Assembly (NCBI GenBank): GCA_963823555.1
Contig: CAWGMA010000004.1
Location: 192,001 to 256,000, forward strand
Source of the DNA: Candidatus Eiseniibacteriota bacterium
GTDB taxonomy: Bacteria; Eisenbacteria; RBG-16-71-46; CAVPCR01
Length of the DNA: 64,000 bases
Direction of reading: 5' to 3'
Shown here: positions 19,025 to 29,486 of the stretch, in pieces
Layout: each line of letters opens with the position of its first letter
Position numbering within the stretch: the stretch's first letter is position 1
Notes under the pieces: generated by a model
Seen by the model: only the letters and a program-made list of their open reading frames with translations
Told to the model about the DNA's origin: nothing
The model's database searches: none
Position numbers and translations under genes: made by a program

Positions 19025-19335
19025 GGAGAAGCTCCGGTTGGCGGGTACCGCCTGGCAGCGGCCCCCTGACGTGCGGCGCAGCGCGGAGAGGAGGCTCCGC
19101 GAGCCGGCCACGAAGGGGGAAGGATACACGCCTTTTTGGACGGCTGCGATGCCCAATCGATTCGCCGGATTCGCGGGGCGACCTCGGGTCCAGGAGGCGG
19201 CCCCAGCCGGCCGCGCCGGGCGGGGGAGGGCTCCATCACCGCCGCTCGGGCCGCCCGGGCGGGTCGACCTGAGGGGGGGCGTCCGGTACGATCGACGGCT
19301 GCCTTGCCGCGCCGTTACTCACCCAGGAGGGAACG

Positions 19336-21465
19336 ATGTCGAAGTCACCAGAGAACGCGGCCGGCTCCAAGCCCGGTCCAGCCACCCGGGAGTCGCCGGC
19401 CACTCGCATCCATTCCCCGGCCGGAGATCGGGCCGCCACCGGCCGCCGGCCGATCACCATCGAGGATCTGTGGGCCCTGCGCCGTGTCGGTGCGCCGGCT
19501 GCGCTCCCCGATGGGAGTGGCATCGTGGTTCCCGTCACCGCCTTCGACATGGAGAAGAACGAGGGCCGGACCCGGCTCTGGCTCCACTCACTGGCGGGCG
19601 AGGCGCCGCGGCCGCTGACCGCGGCCGACGCGACGAGCGCCGAGCCGGCGGTGAGTCCGGATGGGCGCCATCTGGCCTTCGCGCGCCGGGCGGGAAAGGA
19701 GAAGCCACAGCTCTACGTCATGCCCCTCGACGGCGGCGAGGCGGAGTGCCTGACCCAGATGCCGCTCGGGATCTCCGATCCGCGCTGGTTCCCCGACGGT
19801 CGCCGCCTTGCCTTCATCGCCCCGGTGGTCGGCTCCGCACCCGCCATCGAGGACACGCGCGCTCAGCTCGATGCCCGCGACAAGGATCCGGTGAAGGCCC
19901 GGGTCACGGAAGATCGCATCTACCGCTACTGGGATCACTGGCTCACCGGCGGCGAGGTGCATCACATCTTCGTTATCGATCTCGAGACACGCGAAGTCAA
20001 GGACCTGATTCCGGAGTCGAAGCGCTGGTTCGACCTGATGGACCCGGCAGGGAGCTTCGATATCGCACCCGACGGAACGGAAGTCGCCTTTTCCGCCAAC
20101 TCGAGCGAGCCCCCGTACCAGACGGTCAACTACGACGTGTACGTTGCGCCGGTGGCTGGTGGTGCGGTCCGGAATCTGACCGCCGATAATGTCGCTGACG
20201 ATATGCGACCGCGCTACACGCCTGATGGGCGATCCATCATCTACGGGATGCAGCGCGAGGCGGACTTCTACGCCGACCGCGTGCGCCTCGTGCGCCATGA
20301 TCGCGAGACGGGCGAGAACCTGGTGCTCACCGAATCCTGGGATCGGTCGGCAAACAACTGGGAGATCGGTCCTGACGGCCGCACCATTGCCTTCACCGCG
20401 GAGGACCGGGGGCGCGTCCATCTCTTCACGCTCGATCTGGAGGCGGCATCAGCCGCCGCTGCGGCCGGGATGCCGGTCGAGCCGGAGCGACGGGTGCGGG
20501 GCGGAAATGTGGGGCGCCCGGCCTGGGTGGGGAGCGATCAGCTGGCCTTCACCATCGATTCGCTCGGCGGTCCGCCCGAGGTCTGGGTGAGCGAGCCCGC
20601 CGGGGCCGGGTTGGCGCGCGTGACCCACGAGAATGACGAGCGCCTGGCCGGCATCGAGCTCGGCGAGGTGCGGGAGATCGAGTTCGAGGGATTCGGCGGC
20701 GCCCGGGTCCAGATGTTCGTCCTCAACCCGCCGGGGTTCGATCCCGCGCGCAAGTGGCCTCTGGTCCACCTCGTCCACGGTGGGCCGCACGGTATCTTCG
20801 GCGACCAGTTTCATTTTCGGTGGAATGCACAACTATTCGCGGCCCCGGGTTACGTCGTGGGGATGGTCAACTTCCATGGCTCGACATCGTTCGGCCAGGA
20901 CTTCGCCGCATCGATCCTCGGCGCCCATGGGGAGCGTCCGTTTGCCGATGTCATGGCGGCGACCGATCGGCTGCTCGCCGAGGGTTACATCGACGAGCAG
21001 CGGATGGCGGCGGCCGGCGGTTCCTACGGCGGCTATCTCGTGAGCTGGATCGCGGGTCACACGGATCGGTTCGCCTGCCTGGTGAATCACGCCGGGGTCT
21101 ACGACACGCTCTCCCAGTACGGGTCGGACGTCACTCTCGGGCGGTCCCGCGCCTACGGCGGGGAGCCCTGGGACGGCCTCGAGGTCATCGACCTGTGGAA
21201 CCCGGCCCGTTTCGCCTCCGGCTTCCATTCCCCGATGCTCATCATCCACGGCGAGAACGACTACCGCGTGCCGCACACGCAGGCGCTTGCGGTCTACGGC
21301 GTCTACAAGGCGAAGGGGGTTCCGGCACGACTCGTGGTCTATCCGGACGAGAACCACTGGATCCTGAAGCCCCGGAACTCGCGCCACTGGTACGGCGAGG
21401 TCCTGGGCTGGCTCGCTCGCTTCCTCGACCGCGGGCGGAAAGGGCGCCCGGCCGGGCCGGAATAG
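19336..21465 (+). CDS. S9 family peptidase (beta-propeller plus alpha/beta hydrolase)
   Basis: PD40-like SPDG repeats, HGGP, GGSYGG, D.RV, DENHW. Confidence 0.93.
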   Translation: MSKSPENAAGSKPGPATRESPATRIHSPAGDRAATGRRPITIEDLWALRRVGAPAALPDGSGIVVPVTAFDMEKNEGRTRLWLHSLAGEAPRPLTAADATSAEPAVSPDGRHLAFARRAGKEKPQLYVMPLDGGEAECLTQMPLGISDPRWFPDGRRLAFIAPVVGSAPAIEDTRAQLDARDKDPVKARVTEDRIYRYWDHWLTGGEVHHIFVIDLETREVKDLIPESKRWFDLMDPAGSFDIAPDGTEVAFSANSSEPPYQTVNYDVYVAPVAGGAVRNLTADNVADDMRPRYTPDGRSIIYGMQREADFYADRVRLVRHDRETGENLVLTESWDRSANNWEIGPDGRTIAFTAEDRGRVHLFTLDLEAASAAAAAGMPVEPERRVRGGNVGRPAWVGSDQLAFTIDSLGGPPEVWVSEPAGAGLARVTHENDERLAGIELGEVREIEFEGFGGARVQMFVLNPPGFDPARKWPLVHLVHGGPHGIFGDQFHFRWNAQLFAAPGYVVGMVNFHGSTSFGQDFAASILGAHGERPFADVMAATDRLLAEGYIDEQRMAAAGGSYGGYLVSWIAGHTDRFACLVNHAGVYDTLSQYGSDVTLGRSRAYGGEPWDGLEVIDLWNPARFASGFHSPMLIIHGENDYRVPHTQALAVYGVYKAKGVPARLVVYPDENHWILKPRNSRHWYGEVLGWLARFLDRGRKGRPAGPE

Positions 21466-21500
21466 CGGGCGGGCATCAGGCAGGTATCAACAGTCATCAA

Positions 21501-21540
21501 GATGCCGGGGGCGGCGTGGGGCCACCCCCGGCATCCTCTT
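21501..21540. terminator. Terminator between convergent genes
   Basis: GATGCCGGGGG...CCCCCGGCATC inverted repeat. Confidence 0.7.
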
Positions 21541-21554
21541 CCGGGCCTGACAGC

Positions 21555-24398
21555 TTATCGGAGCAGCACCAGGCGGCGGGTCGCGTTCTGTCCCGCAGCC
21601 TCGAGGCGGGCGAAGTAGACCCCGCTCGCCGCGAGGTGGCCGCCATCGTCACGACCGTTCCAGACGGCCGTATGCGTCATCGCCTGCTGGTTGGTGTCGA
21701 CCAGCGTCCGCACCAGCCGCCCCTGGACGTCGTAGATCCGGAGGCTCACCGGTCCGGCGGCGGGCAGGTGGTAGGTGATCGACGTCGAGGGACGGAACGG
21801 GTTCGGAGACGCCTGCGCCAGGAGGAATCCCGGTGCCGTCGCCGCCGGCGAGTCGATGCCGGCGCTGATCCCGAACCAGTCGAGGGTCCGCCGCGTGATC
21901 TCCTCACGATCGATGGCCTCGCTGATTCCCTCCAGGCCGAAGCTCAGATAGACGAGGCGGGCGCCGCCGTCGGTCCAGTGCATGCCCCCGTACCAGTTCG
22001 GAACGCCCTGATAGGTGCAGATCCCGTCGGCATCGAACCCGGGCGAGATCGTGTCCATGGTCGTCTGCCCGTACGGCCCGCCGGGATCCAGCGATAGGGA
22101 AAGGCCATCGCCGATCAGATCGCCCGGTACGCCATCGAGGAAGTAGATGCTCGAGAAGGAGTTCTGGTAGCTGGCGTGGAGCACGGTCACGAACCAGGTG
22201 ATGGTTTCCCCTGAGAAGTAGGGGCTCGTGGGGTCGGCGAGGTCATAGGCGATCTCCTGCCCGGAGAGGAGGAGACGACCACCGCCGGCGAGGTAGCTCC
22301 CGATCAGCGCGCGTTCGCCGGCGTCGAGCGACAGCGAGGTGTCGCCGGTGAGCCAGATCACGCAAGAAGCGGCATCGTTCAGGTCATCGATCGTGAGGGC
22401 ACCCCAGGTCACATCCCAGTGGCCCCATTGCGTACCCAGAGCCGTGAGGGTGGCGCCGACCGGAACCTCCCGCGTGGCGCCGCCGTCATCGTCCACGATG
22501 AGCACCTGCGTCGAGTTGAGCTTCAAGAAGGTGACGCTCCGCGACTGCCCGGGATCGCCCTGCGAGGCGAGGGTCACCTGGACGTAGGCCGAGCCGGGGT
22601 TTCCCTGCGAGTCGATGTCGATCGTGATCGGAGCGGTGGCTCCGCTCGCCAGCGGCAGCGCGCTCGGGCCGGAGAAGGTGCCGGCGGGTGTGGTGTAGGA
22701 GTACGTCCAGCCGGCCGGCACCCCGCTCACGCTCACGTCGTAGGTGTCGCTGGCAACCCCCAGGTTCTCCGCCTCGGCGGCGAAGGACACCACCGCGGTC
22801 GAGCTTCCGATCTGGGTGGTGAGACCCGTGGTGGCGAGCTGGAACACGTAGAGGATGTTGGCCGCGTTGAGAGCGTTCACGAATCCCCAGCCGTAGACCG
22901 TGTCGTAGCCACCGGCCCCGAGATCGCGGCAGGTCTCCTGCATGCGGGCCTCGACCTCGGCCGCGGTGAAGGGTGGTGCCATCGACTTGACGAGGGCCGC
23001 CACGCCGGCGGCGTAGGGCGCCGAGAACGACGTGCCATCGATCAGGGCGTAGCTGTTGCCGACCGCCGTGGTGCGGATGCTCTGGCCGGGGGCGGAGAAG
23101 GCGATGCCGGTGCCGTAGTTGGAGAATCCGGCCCTGGTCCCGCTCGGGTTGAGGGCGCCGACCGCGTTCACTTCGGGGATGGAGGCTGGGTAGTTGATCG
23201 ATGACTGCCCGTTGTTCCCCGTGGATGCAAAGTGAGTGACTCCGTGCTCACGGGCGTTGATGTAGGCATCGGTGAAGGCATTGTCAGGCGAGCCGCTGAA
23301 GCTGGCATTGGATACCGAGAAGCCCTCGTTCACGGCCCAGGCCAGGGCACTCACCTTCCAGGAGGTCTGCGATTGGAAGGTGCCGTCGCAGGGAACGTTC
23401 GAGATCCCGATACGCGCCGAGGCCACCTTGCAGTCGGGGGCGATGCCGACGACACCGATCGAGTTGTTGATGACCGCCGAGATGCATCCGGCGACCAGGG
23501 TGCCATGGTCGTCGCACTGGTTCATGGGACCGCCGCTTCCCTGGTCAGGGGTGAAGTCGCGGCCCGGAGCCAGGTTCAGGTCCGGGTGGTCGAGCTGGAC
23601 ACCGGTGTCCATGACCATGACGATGACGCTCGGGTCCCCGGTCGTGATATCCCACGCCAGATCGCCGTCCATGTCCTGATCCGGCACCCCGCCGAACTGC
23701 CCGGTGTTGCGGATGCCCCAGAGGTCGCCGAACAGGGCGTCATTCGGGATGAGATCGAACCGGTCCTGCACCAGCGGGTCCGGCTGCGCCCAGGCGATGC
23801 GCGGATCGCCGGCCAGGCGGTTGGCCGTTTCGAGCACCGCAAAGCCGTTCGTGTCCGGGCTCCGGAGCTCGAAGGCGCCCGCGAGCAGGCCGAAGTCCCG
23901 GCTCAGGATCTCGAGCTCGGGCGCCAGCTCGAAGAGGATCGCCTCGGCTTCGCCGCGGTACTCGGGTTTCACGCGGAGGAGAATGTCCCGGGTCGGAATC
24001 CAGGACATCCCATCCCGGTTGAGCAGCACCGGAGAGACGAACTCGACAGCAGGTGAGGCCGCAAGGCGTTCGATCTCGCGGCTCGCCTGGCCGGCATCGC
24101 CGAGGACATCGCGGAGATCGATGAGCGACCAGCTCTCGACGCCGGTCGGCTGGCTCGAGAGGGTCCGGACTCCCGCTGCTTCCATCGCCGTCACCTGAGC
24201 CTCGGCGGGCAGGGTCTCGTAGAAGCGCACGGCAAGGCGAGAGACATCCAGATCGAGCGCGATCGGATCGCCGGCGTAGATGTAGTGGGTGGGTGGGGTT
24301 GCGGCTTCCGAATTCGTGCCGATGAGAACGCCGCCGAAGACGACGAGGACGAGGATCCAGGCGGCCCGCGGCAAGGCACGCGTTGTGACTCTGATCAT
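21555..24398 (-). CDS. Secreted S8 subtilase with FlgD-Ig/T9SS-like C-terminal domain
   Basis: DTG, HGTLVAG, GTSFSAP catalytic triad; PNPF...IYDVQGR...SGVYFARL tail; signal peptide. Confidence 0.92.
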   Translation of the reverse strand: MIRVTTRALPRAAWILVLVVFGGVLIGTNSEAATPPTHYIYAGDPIALDLDVSRLAVRFYETLPAEAQVTAMEAAGVRTLSSQPTGVESWSLIDLRDVLGDAGQASREIERLAASPAVEFVSPVLLNRDGMSWIPTRDILLRVKPEYRGEAEAILFELAPELEILSRDFGLLAGAFELRSPDTNGFAVLETANRLAGDPRIAWAQPDPLVQDRFDLIPNDALFGDLWGIRNTGQFGGVPDQDMDGDLAWDITTGDPSVIVMVMDTGVQLDHPDLNLAPGRDFTPDQGSGGPMNQCDDHGTLVAGCISAVINNSIGVVGIAPDCKVASARIGISNVPCDGTFQSQTSWKVSALAWAVNEGFSVSNASFSGSPDNAFTDAYINAREHGVTHFASTGNNGQSSINYPASIPEVNAVGALNPSGTRAGFSNYGTGIAFSAPGQSIRTTAVGNSYALIDGTSFSAPYAAGVAALVKSMAPPFTAAEVEARMQETCRDLGAGGYDTVYGWGFVNALNAANILYVFQLATTGLTTQIGSSTAVVSFAAEAENLGVASDTYDVSVSGVPAGWTYSYTTPAGTFSGPSALPLASGATAPITIDIDSQGNPGSAYVQVTLASQGDPGQSRSVTFLKLNSTQVLIVDDDGGATREVPVGATLTALGTQWGHWDVTWGALTIDDLNDAASCVIWLTGDTSLSLDAGERALIGSYLAGGGRLLLSGQEIAYDLADPTSPYFSGETITWFVTVLHASYQNSFSSIYFLDGVPGDLIGDGLSLSLDPGGPYGQTTMDTISPGFDADGICTYQGVPNWYGGMHWTDGGARLVYLSFGLEGISEAIDREEITRRTLDWFGISAGIDSPAATAPGFLLAQASPNPFRPSTSITYHLPAAGPVSLRIYDVQGRLVRTLVDTNQQAMTHTAVWNGRDDGGHLAASGVYFARLEAAGQNATRRLVLLR

Positions 24399-24559
24399 GT
24401 TTCTAAAACCCCCCTTCCGGGATCTTCTCGCGGGACGACTCAAGTCTACACCACATCGGGAGGAAAGGCCCGTGCGGAGCTCGGGTGCCAGTCTGGATGG
24501 ACCTGAGGTGGGGGGGATACCCCACGGAAAGGCCGCCATTCACTGCGGCCCGGGTGCGA

Positions 24560-25921
24560 TCAGGCCACCCACACCGTCTTCACGTTGACGAACTCGCGGA
24601 TCCCGGAACACGCCAGCTCCCGCCCGTAGCCCGAGCGCTTGATCCCGCCGAACGGCAAGCGCGGATCCGACTTGACCATGCCGTTCACGAACACCGAGCC
24701 GGCCTCGATGCGGCGCGCGATCTTCTCGCCGCGCTTCGTGTCCCGCGTCCACAGGCTCGCGCCGAGCCCGAAGCGGCTCAGGTTCGCGAGCTCGATGGCG
24801 TGCTCCTCGTCCTCGGCGCGGACGAGGGCCGCGACCGGGCCGAAGGTCTCCTCGCCGAAGACCGGCATGCCCGGGTGGACGTCGGTCAAGAGCGTGGGAG
24901 CGTAATAGAAGCCGGGGCGGGCGAGCGGCGTGCCGCCGGTCGCGATGTGGGCGCCGGCAGCCACCGACGCCTTCACCTGGTGATCGAGATCGCTCACCAG
25001 ATCGGGTCGGGCGAGCGGACCGAGCTCGGTGGCCCGATCGCGCGGATCGCCGACGCGGAGCGCCGCGAGGCGCGCGGCGAAACGGGCGGCGAAGTCACCC
25101 GCGACCTCGCCCACGACGATGAAGCGCTTGGCGGCAATGCAGCTCTGGCCATTGTTGATGATGCGCGCCGCGACGGCGGTTTCGACGCAGGTATCGAGGT
25201 CGGCGTCGGCGAGGACGACGAAAGGATCGGAGCCCCCCAGCTCGAGAACGGTCTTCTTGAGCTCGGAACCGGCGGCGGCGCCGACGGCGATTCCCGCCGC
25301 CTCGCTCCCGGTCAGCGTCACTGCAGCCACCGCCGGATGGCGAACCACCGCCTCCGCGGCGGTCCCACCGATCATGAGCGTCGTGAAGACGCCGGACGGA
25401 AAGCCGGCGGTGGCGAAGATCTCCTCGAGCGCGAGGGCCGCCCCCGGGACGTTCGAGGCATGCTTCAGGAGCGCCACGTTGCCCGCCATCAGGGCCGGGG
25501 CCGCGAAGCGCATGACCTGCCAGAAGGGGAAGTTCCAGGGCATGATGGCGAGGACGGCCCCGAGCGGATCGAAGCGCACGTAGCTCTTGCCGGCATCGGT
25601 GGCCACCATCTCGGTGGCCAGGAACTCCTCCGCGTGCTCGGCGTAGTGCTCGCAGACCCAGGCGCACTTGTCGACCTCGGCCTCGCCCTGGGCGATGGGC
25701 TTCCCCATCTCCGCGGTCATGAGCTCGGCATAGCGTCCGCGCCCGGCGCGCAGGTGCGCGGCGGCGGCGCGCAGGCGCTCGGCCCGGGCGGAGAAGCTCG
25801 TCTCGCGCCAGGAGATGAATGTGGTGGCGGCCCGGGCGATCCGTGATTCGACTTCGTGCTGGTCGTGCTCGGGATAGGTGGCGATGACTTCGCCCGTGGC
25901 AGGATTGATTGCTTGCATCAT
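24560..25921 (-). CDS. NAD(P)-dependent succinate-semialdehyde dehydrogenase-like aldehyde dehydrogenase
   Basis: IMPWNFPFWQ, LTGS, LELGGSDP, GQSCIAAKR, EETFGP, PFGGIKRSG. Confidence 0.92.
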   Translation of the reverse strand: MMQAINPATGEVIATYPEHDQHEVESRIARAATTFISWRETSFSARAERLRAAAAHLRAGRGRYAELMTAEMGKPIAQGEAEVDKCAWVCEHYAEHAEEFLATEMVATDAGKSYVRFDPLGAVLAIMPWNFPFWQVMRFAAPALMAGNVALLKHASNVPGAALALEEIFATAGFPSGVFTTLMIGGTAAEAVVRHPAVAAVTLTGSEAAGIAVGAAAGSELKKTVLELGGSDPFVVLADADLDTCVETAVAARIINNGQSCIAAKRFIVVGEVAGDFAARFAARLAALRVGDPRDRATELGPLARPDLVSDLDHQVKASVAAGAHIATGGTPLARPGFYYAPTLLTDVHPGMPVFGEETFGPVAALVRAEDEEHAIELANLSRFGLGASLWTRDTKRGEKIARRIEAGSVFVNGMVKSDPRLPFGGIKRSGYGRELACSGIREFVNVKTVWVA

Positions 25922-27702
25922 GATCCGATCCTAGCGAATTCGTATCCGGAGAAGCAAATGCGCTCGCGGGCCCCACTTCCGATCGCGGAGAGGGTCTCGC
26001 CGCCGAGGAAGTTGGCGAGTCCGGCAAACACCGCTTCGCTGTCGGACATCGGTTCGAGCACCCATGACAGCTCGATCGCGGGGTGAATGGCGGGATGCGT
26101 GCGCGCGATGAGCCATCCGTCCTCGATACCCAGGCGCAGATTGGGTGCCTTCGCGAACAGGAGTGCTGCGAGCTCGGAGTCGGTCAGCATGTAATCGCCG
26201 GCACGGGTTCGCCAGGCCGCCGGGATCGGTCGGGGGCCGGTGATGAGCTCGCCGATGCGTCGCACCTGGCCGTCGGCATCGGCGATGAGGACCGAGCGTC
26301 CCTCGATCTCGGCGCCGGAGAGACGAAGCGTGGCGAGATCGGAGATCGGGAGGGGGAGTGGGATCCGGCCGAGCGCGAGCAGGCGAAGCGAATGGAAAGA
26401 ATGATCCTCCGGCTCGAGCCGGAATCGCCGCCCGTGCAGGCGTAGCTCCACCCGCCCGTGCGCGCCCACCTCGACGTCGACGATGCCGGCTATCGTCTGG
26501 TAGCGCCCGGCGCGCGGCGCGGTGAGCGCGCCGGGCCAGGCCGGCGCGGGACCGGCCACAGGCTTCGCGGGCGCACCCTGCCGCGCGATCCCGGTGATGG
26601 CCTGCATTGTGGCGGTCGCCACCCGGTAGACGAGCGCCCGGCCTTCGCTCGAGTTCGAGCAGACGGCGATCCCGATCCCGTGATCGAGGTTCATGAAGGC
26701 GACCGAGTGGAACAGGAACTCGGCGCCGCCGTGAGCGGCGATCGGGCCGGCCCCGGCGAGTCCCGGGGGGGTCGAGAGCTGCCAGCCGAGCCCCATGCGT
26801 TCCTCGACATCCAGCGGCAGTGCGGGGCTCGCCGGCGTGAGCATGGTGGCGACGCTCCGGGGAGCGAGCACCTGCCGGCCATCGATCCGGCCGCCGCCGA
26901 GAAAGAGGCGCAGGAAGCGGGCGAGGTCGAGGATGCTGGCACAGAGGCCGCCCGCCGGAATCTCGTTGGCGAGAGAGGGCAGGGTGGGAGCGGCCACCCC
27001 GCGGCGATGCCCGCGCGACTGGAGCGCGAGGAGCTTTGCATCCGGTGCGAAGGACGCTGTTTCCGCCCCCAACGGTGCGAACAGCTCATCGCGCGCGACG
27101 TCGGCGAATGGGCGTCCGGTCACTGCCTCCACCATGTGGCCGAGCAGGTTATAGCCGAGCGTCGAGTACTTGGTGAGAAGTCCCGGGGGTTGCGCCAGGT
27201 ACGTGGACCGGATGTCCGGGAGCATGGCGTTGAACGGCACCGGACTGCCGTCGGGTAGCGCGCGGCGCCAGAGATTGGGTAGGCCCGAGCGGTGGGCGAG
27301 AATGGCGCGCACCGTGATCGGCGCGCCACCGGCAAAGCGCGTCCGGATCGAGAACCCGGGCAGGTAGCCTTCGAGCGGCGCGTCCAGATCGAGGTCGAAG
27401 TCCTCGACGAGGCGCATCACGATCGCCGCCGTGAACGGCTTCGAGAGCGAGGCCAGCCGGTACACCGTGTCCGGGCCGGCGGGGACCCCGCGTTCGCGAT
27501 CGGCGAGGCCGAAGCCCCCGGCGAAGAGCACGCGATCGGAATCGACGACGGCGACGCTCACACCGACGACCCGCGACCAGCGCATGAGGTGAGCGATGAG
27601 CCGGTCCAGGTAGGGCTCGAGGGCCGCGAGCGTTCCGGGCCCGATGCTGCGCGGTGGCCGGGGCTCGGTGGCGCGGCCGATGAGCGGGCCGAGGTCGATC
27701 AT
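25918..27702 (-). CDS. Serine hydrolase, beta-lactamase/AmpC family
   Basis: SxxK (SLSK), HRSGL, YST, HGG; ATGA overlaps with neighbours. Confidence 0.88.
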   Translation of the reverse strand: MIDLGPLIGRATEPRPPRSIGPGTLAALEPYLDRLIAHLMRWSRVVGVSVAVVDSDRVLFAGGFGLADRERGVPAGPDTVYRLASLSKPFTAAIVMRLVEDFDLDLDAPLEGYLPGFSIRTRFAGGAPITVRAILAHRSGLPNLWRRALPDGSPVPFNAMLPDIRSTYLAQPPGLLTKYSTLGYNLLGHMVEAVTGRPFADVARDELFAPLGAETASFAPDAKLLALQSRGHRRGVAAPTLPSLANEIPAGGLCASILDLARFLRLFLGGGRIDGRQVLAPRSVATMLTPASPALPLDVEERMGLGWQLSTPPGLAGAGPIAAHGGAEFLFHSVAFMNLDHGIGIAVCSNSSEGRALVYRVATATMQAITGIARQGAPAKPVAGPAPAWPGALTAPRAGRYQTIAGIVDVEVGAHGRVELRLHGRRFRLEPEDHSFHSLRLLALGRIPLPLPISDLATLRLSGAEIEGRSVLIADADGQVRRIGELITGPRPIPAAWRTRAGDYMLTDSELAALLFAKAPNLRLGIEDGWLIARTHPAIHPAIELSWVLEPMSDSEAVFAGLANFLGGETLSAIGSGARERICFSGYEFARIGS

Positions 27703-29486
27703 GGCTCGGTGCTCCGCTCGTTCCCGTCGAGCGAGTAGTCCATGCGGAGCTGGGGGCGCAGGGCGGCGCTGGCGGGGTATTCTGCGGAGTAGAGCCACAA
27801 GTTGCTGGCCTGGGTCTCATCGGCGGCCCTGAGCAGGAAGCCGTGGTTTTCCTCGCCGCCGACCCAGTCCGCGACCGTGCTCGTCACGTCCCACTCGAGC
27901 CATTCGTTCCCACGGGTCCTCCCGGCGTCGAGGACGGCGCGGGCGATGGGCGGGCCGGAGTTCTGGGCGCCGAGCTCGTTCCAGCTGGCGGCGTCTTCCT
28001 CATCGGCGTAGACCTGGGTGCCCTCCACCCACGTCTGGCTCATACGGTGGGCGGTGATCGTGACCGGCTCCCAGGCCCCGGTGCCCCAGCAGTGGAGACG
28101 GAGTCGAGCGGTGTGCACCGTCGCTCCGCGTGGAATGGGGGAGAGATCGAAGCGGATGAGAGTGCGGTTCACATCGCTCGCCGCGCCGGGGCTCGCCACG
28201 TCGTCGCGCGGCGTGGCTCCGATCTCGATCGTGCTCCGCACGCCCTGGTTCAGCGCGCGCTGACCGCTGAAAATGGTGGTGTCGGATGTGCCGCGGTAGC
28301 CGTCGATACCCTCTTGCAGGGTCACGGTCGTGCGCCCGGTGCCGGCCGTGGCCGCAGCCACCGGGTTGGAGACGGGGGAGCGATTCCCGGCGTCGTCGAC
28401 GATCTTGAGCGCGAAGTAGAGCCCGGTGCCGGGGGTGAGGCCGCGTACCCGGAGCGTGTCGGTGGTCCCGGCGGGTCCCGGGATCGGCTCGGCGAGGGCC
28501 TGGTCCGCGCCGCCGAAGTTGTGCGTCCCGATCGGGACCGCCGCGAGACGGAGGTCGTAGCGCGCCGCGCGGCCGTGTCGGCCATCGTCCCCGCTGGCCG
28601 TGACCGCCAGCGTGATCTGGTCCATTCGAGTCTCGACCACGCGGAGATCAGCGGCGGCGTCAGGGGGAATCGTATCCGTGGCGGCGGCGGCGATCGCCGC
28701 CGCGTAGACCCGCGCCATCTCCCGGTAGCCGGCGGCATTCGGATGCAGCGCGTCGGTCATCCAGTCCCCAGGGCCGCCGCTCATGAGATCGGGGTTGGTG
28801 CGGAAGCGAGCGTGATGGTCGGCGAGGGCGATCGGTACGGGGCCGCCCGTCGCAGCGCCCTCGGCGAAGTCCTCCGCCATGGCGATGATCTGTTCGTTCC
28901 AGGCTCTGACGCTCTCGTCGCGGTCGGCGGCCGGGATGATGAGAGAGACGACGATCGGGAGGAGCATGCCGCGACCCTGGCGCTCGGCAGCGATGTGGGC
29001 GATGAGCTCGGTCAGGGCCGCAGACCGCGTCGCTTCGAGCGTCCTCCCGTGGTCGAGCGAGTACGGGGTGTGGGGCGGGGGCAGGGAGAGATCGTTGGTC
29101 CCGAGGTGGATGGCCACGAGGGTTGGCGCCCGGGCCAGGGCCAGATCGGCGGTGACGGGAAAGGTCCCGCGGCCGCGCGTCCCGGAGCTCGAGGGATAGA
29201 ACTCATCGGTCGTGGCCCCGCTTCGAAAGTGACCATGTGGCGGGAGAGTCCCCGCGGAGCCGATGAACTCGACCTGGCCCTTGAGCGAAGGAGGAAGGAG
29301 GTCGTCGAGGAGCCGGGGAAGATCGGAGCGGAATCCGGGCACCGCGCCCTGCCCTTCGGTGATGGAGTCCCCGACGAGCAGGATGTCGAGCCCGTCCCCG
29401 GCGCTCGACATCCCCGAGATGGAGATGGCGAGCACCACAACCAGAAGGAGGGCGAGTCGCCGCCTCCGGCTCAGAATGCGGTTCAG
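27699..29486 (-). CDS. Secreted SGNH esterase with Fn3-like and DNRLRE domains (start uncertain, possibly CTG)
   Basis: GDSITEG, HLGTND, DALHPN; D.AGNRS; LIRFDLS, RPQL. Confidence 0.8.
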   Translation of the reverse strand: MNRILSRRRRLALLLVVVLAISISGMSSAGDGLDILLVGDSITEGQGAVPGFRSDLPRLLDDLLPPSLKGQVEFIGSAGTLPPHGHFRSGATTDEFYPSSSGTRGRGTFPVTADLALARAPTLVAIHLGTNDLSLPPPHTPYSLDHGRTLEATRSAALTELIAHIAAERQGRGMLLPIVVSLIIPAADRDESVRAWNEQIIAMAEDFAEGAATGGPVPIALADHHARFRTNPDLMSGGPGDWMTDALHPNAAGYREMARVYAAAIAAAATDTIPPDAAADLRVVETRMDQITLAVTASGDDGRHGRAARYDLRLAAVPIGTHNFGGADQALAEPIPGPAGTTDTLRVRGLTPGTGLYFALKIVDDAGNRSPVSNPVAAATAGTGRTTVTLQEGIDGYRGTSDTTIFSGQRALNQGVRSTIEIGATPRDDVASPGAASDVNRTLIRFDLSPIPRGATVHTARLRLHCWGTGAWEPVTITAHRMSQTWVEGTQVYADEEDAASWNELGAQNSGPPIARAVLDAGRTRGNEWLEWDVTSTVADWVGGEENHGFLLRAADETQASNLWLYSAEYPASAALRPQLRMDYSLDGNERSTEP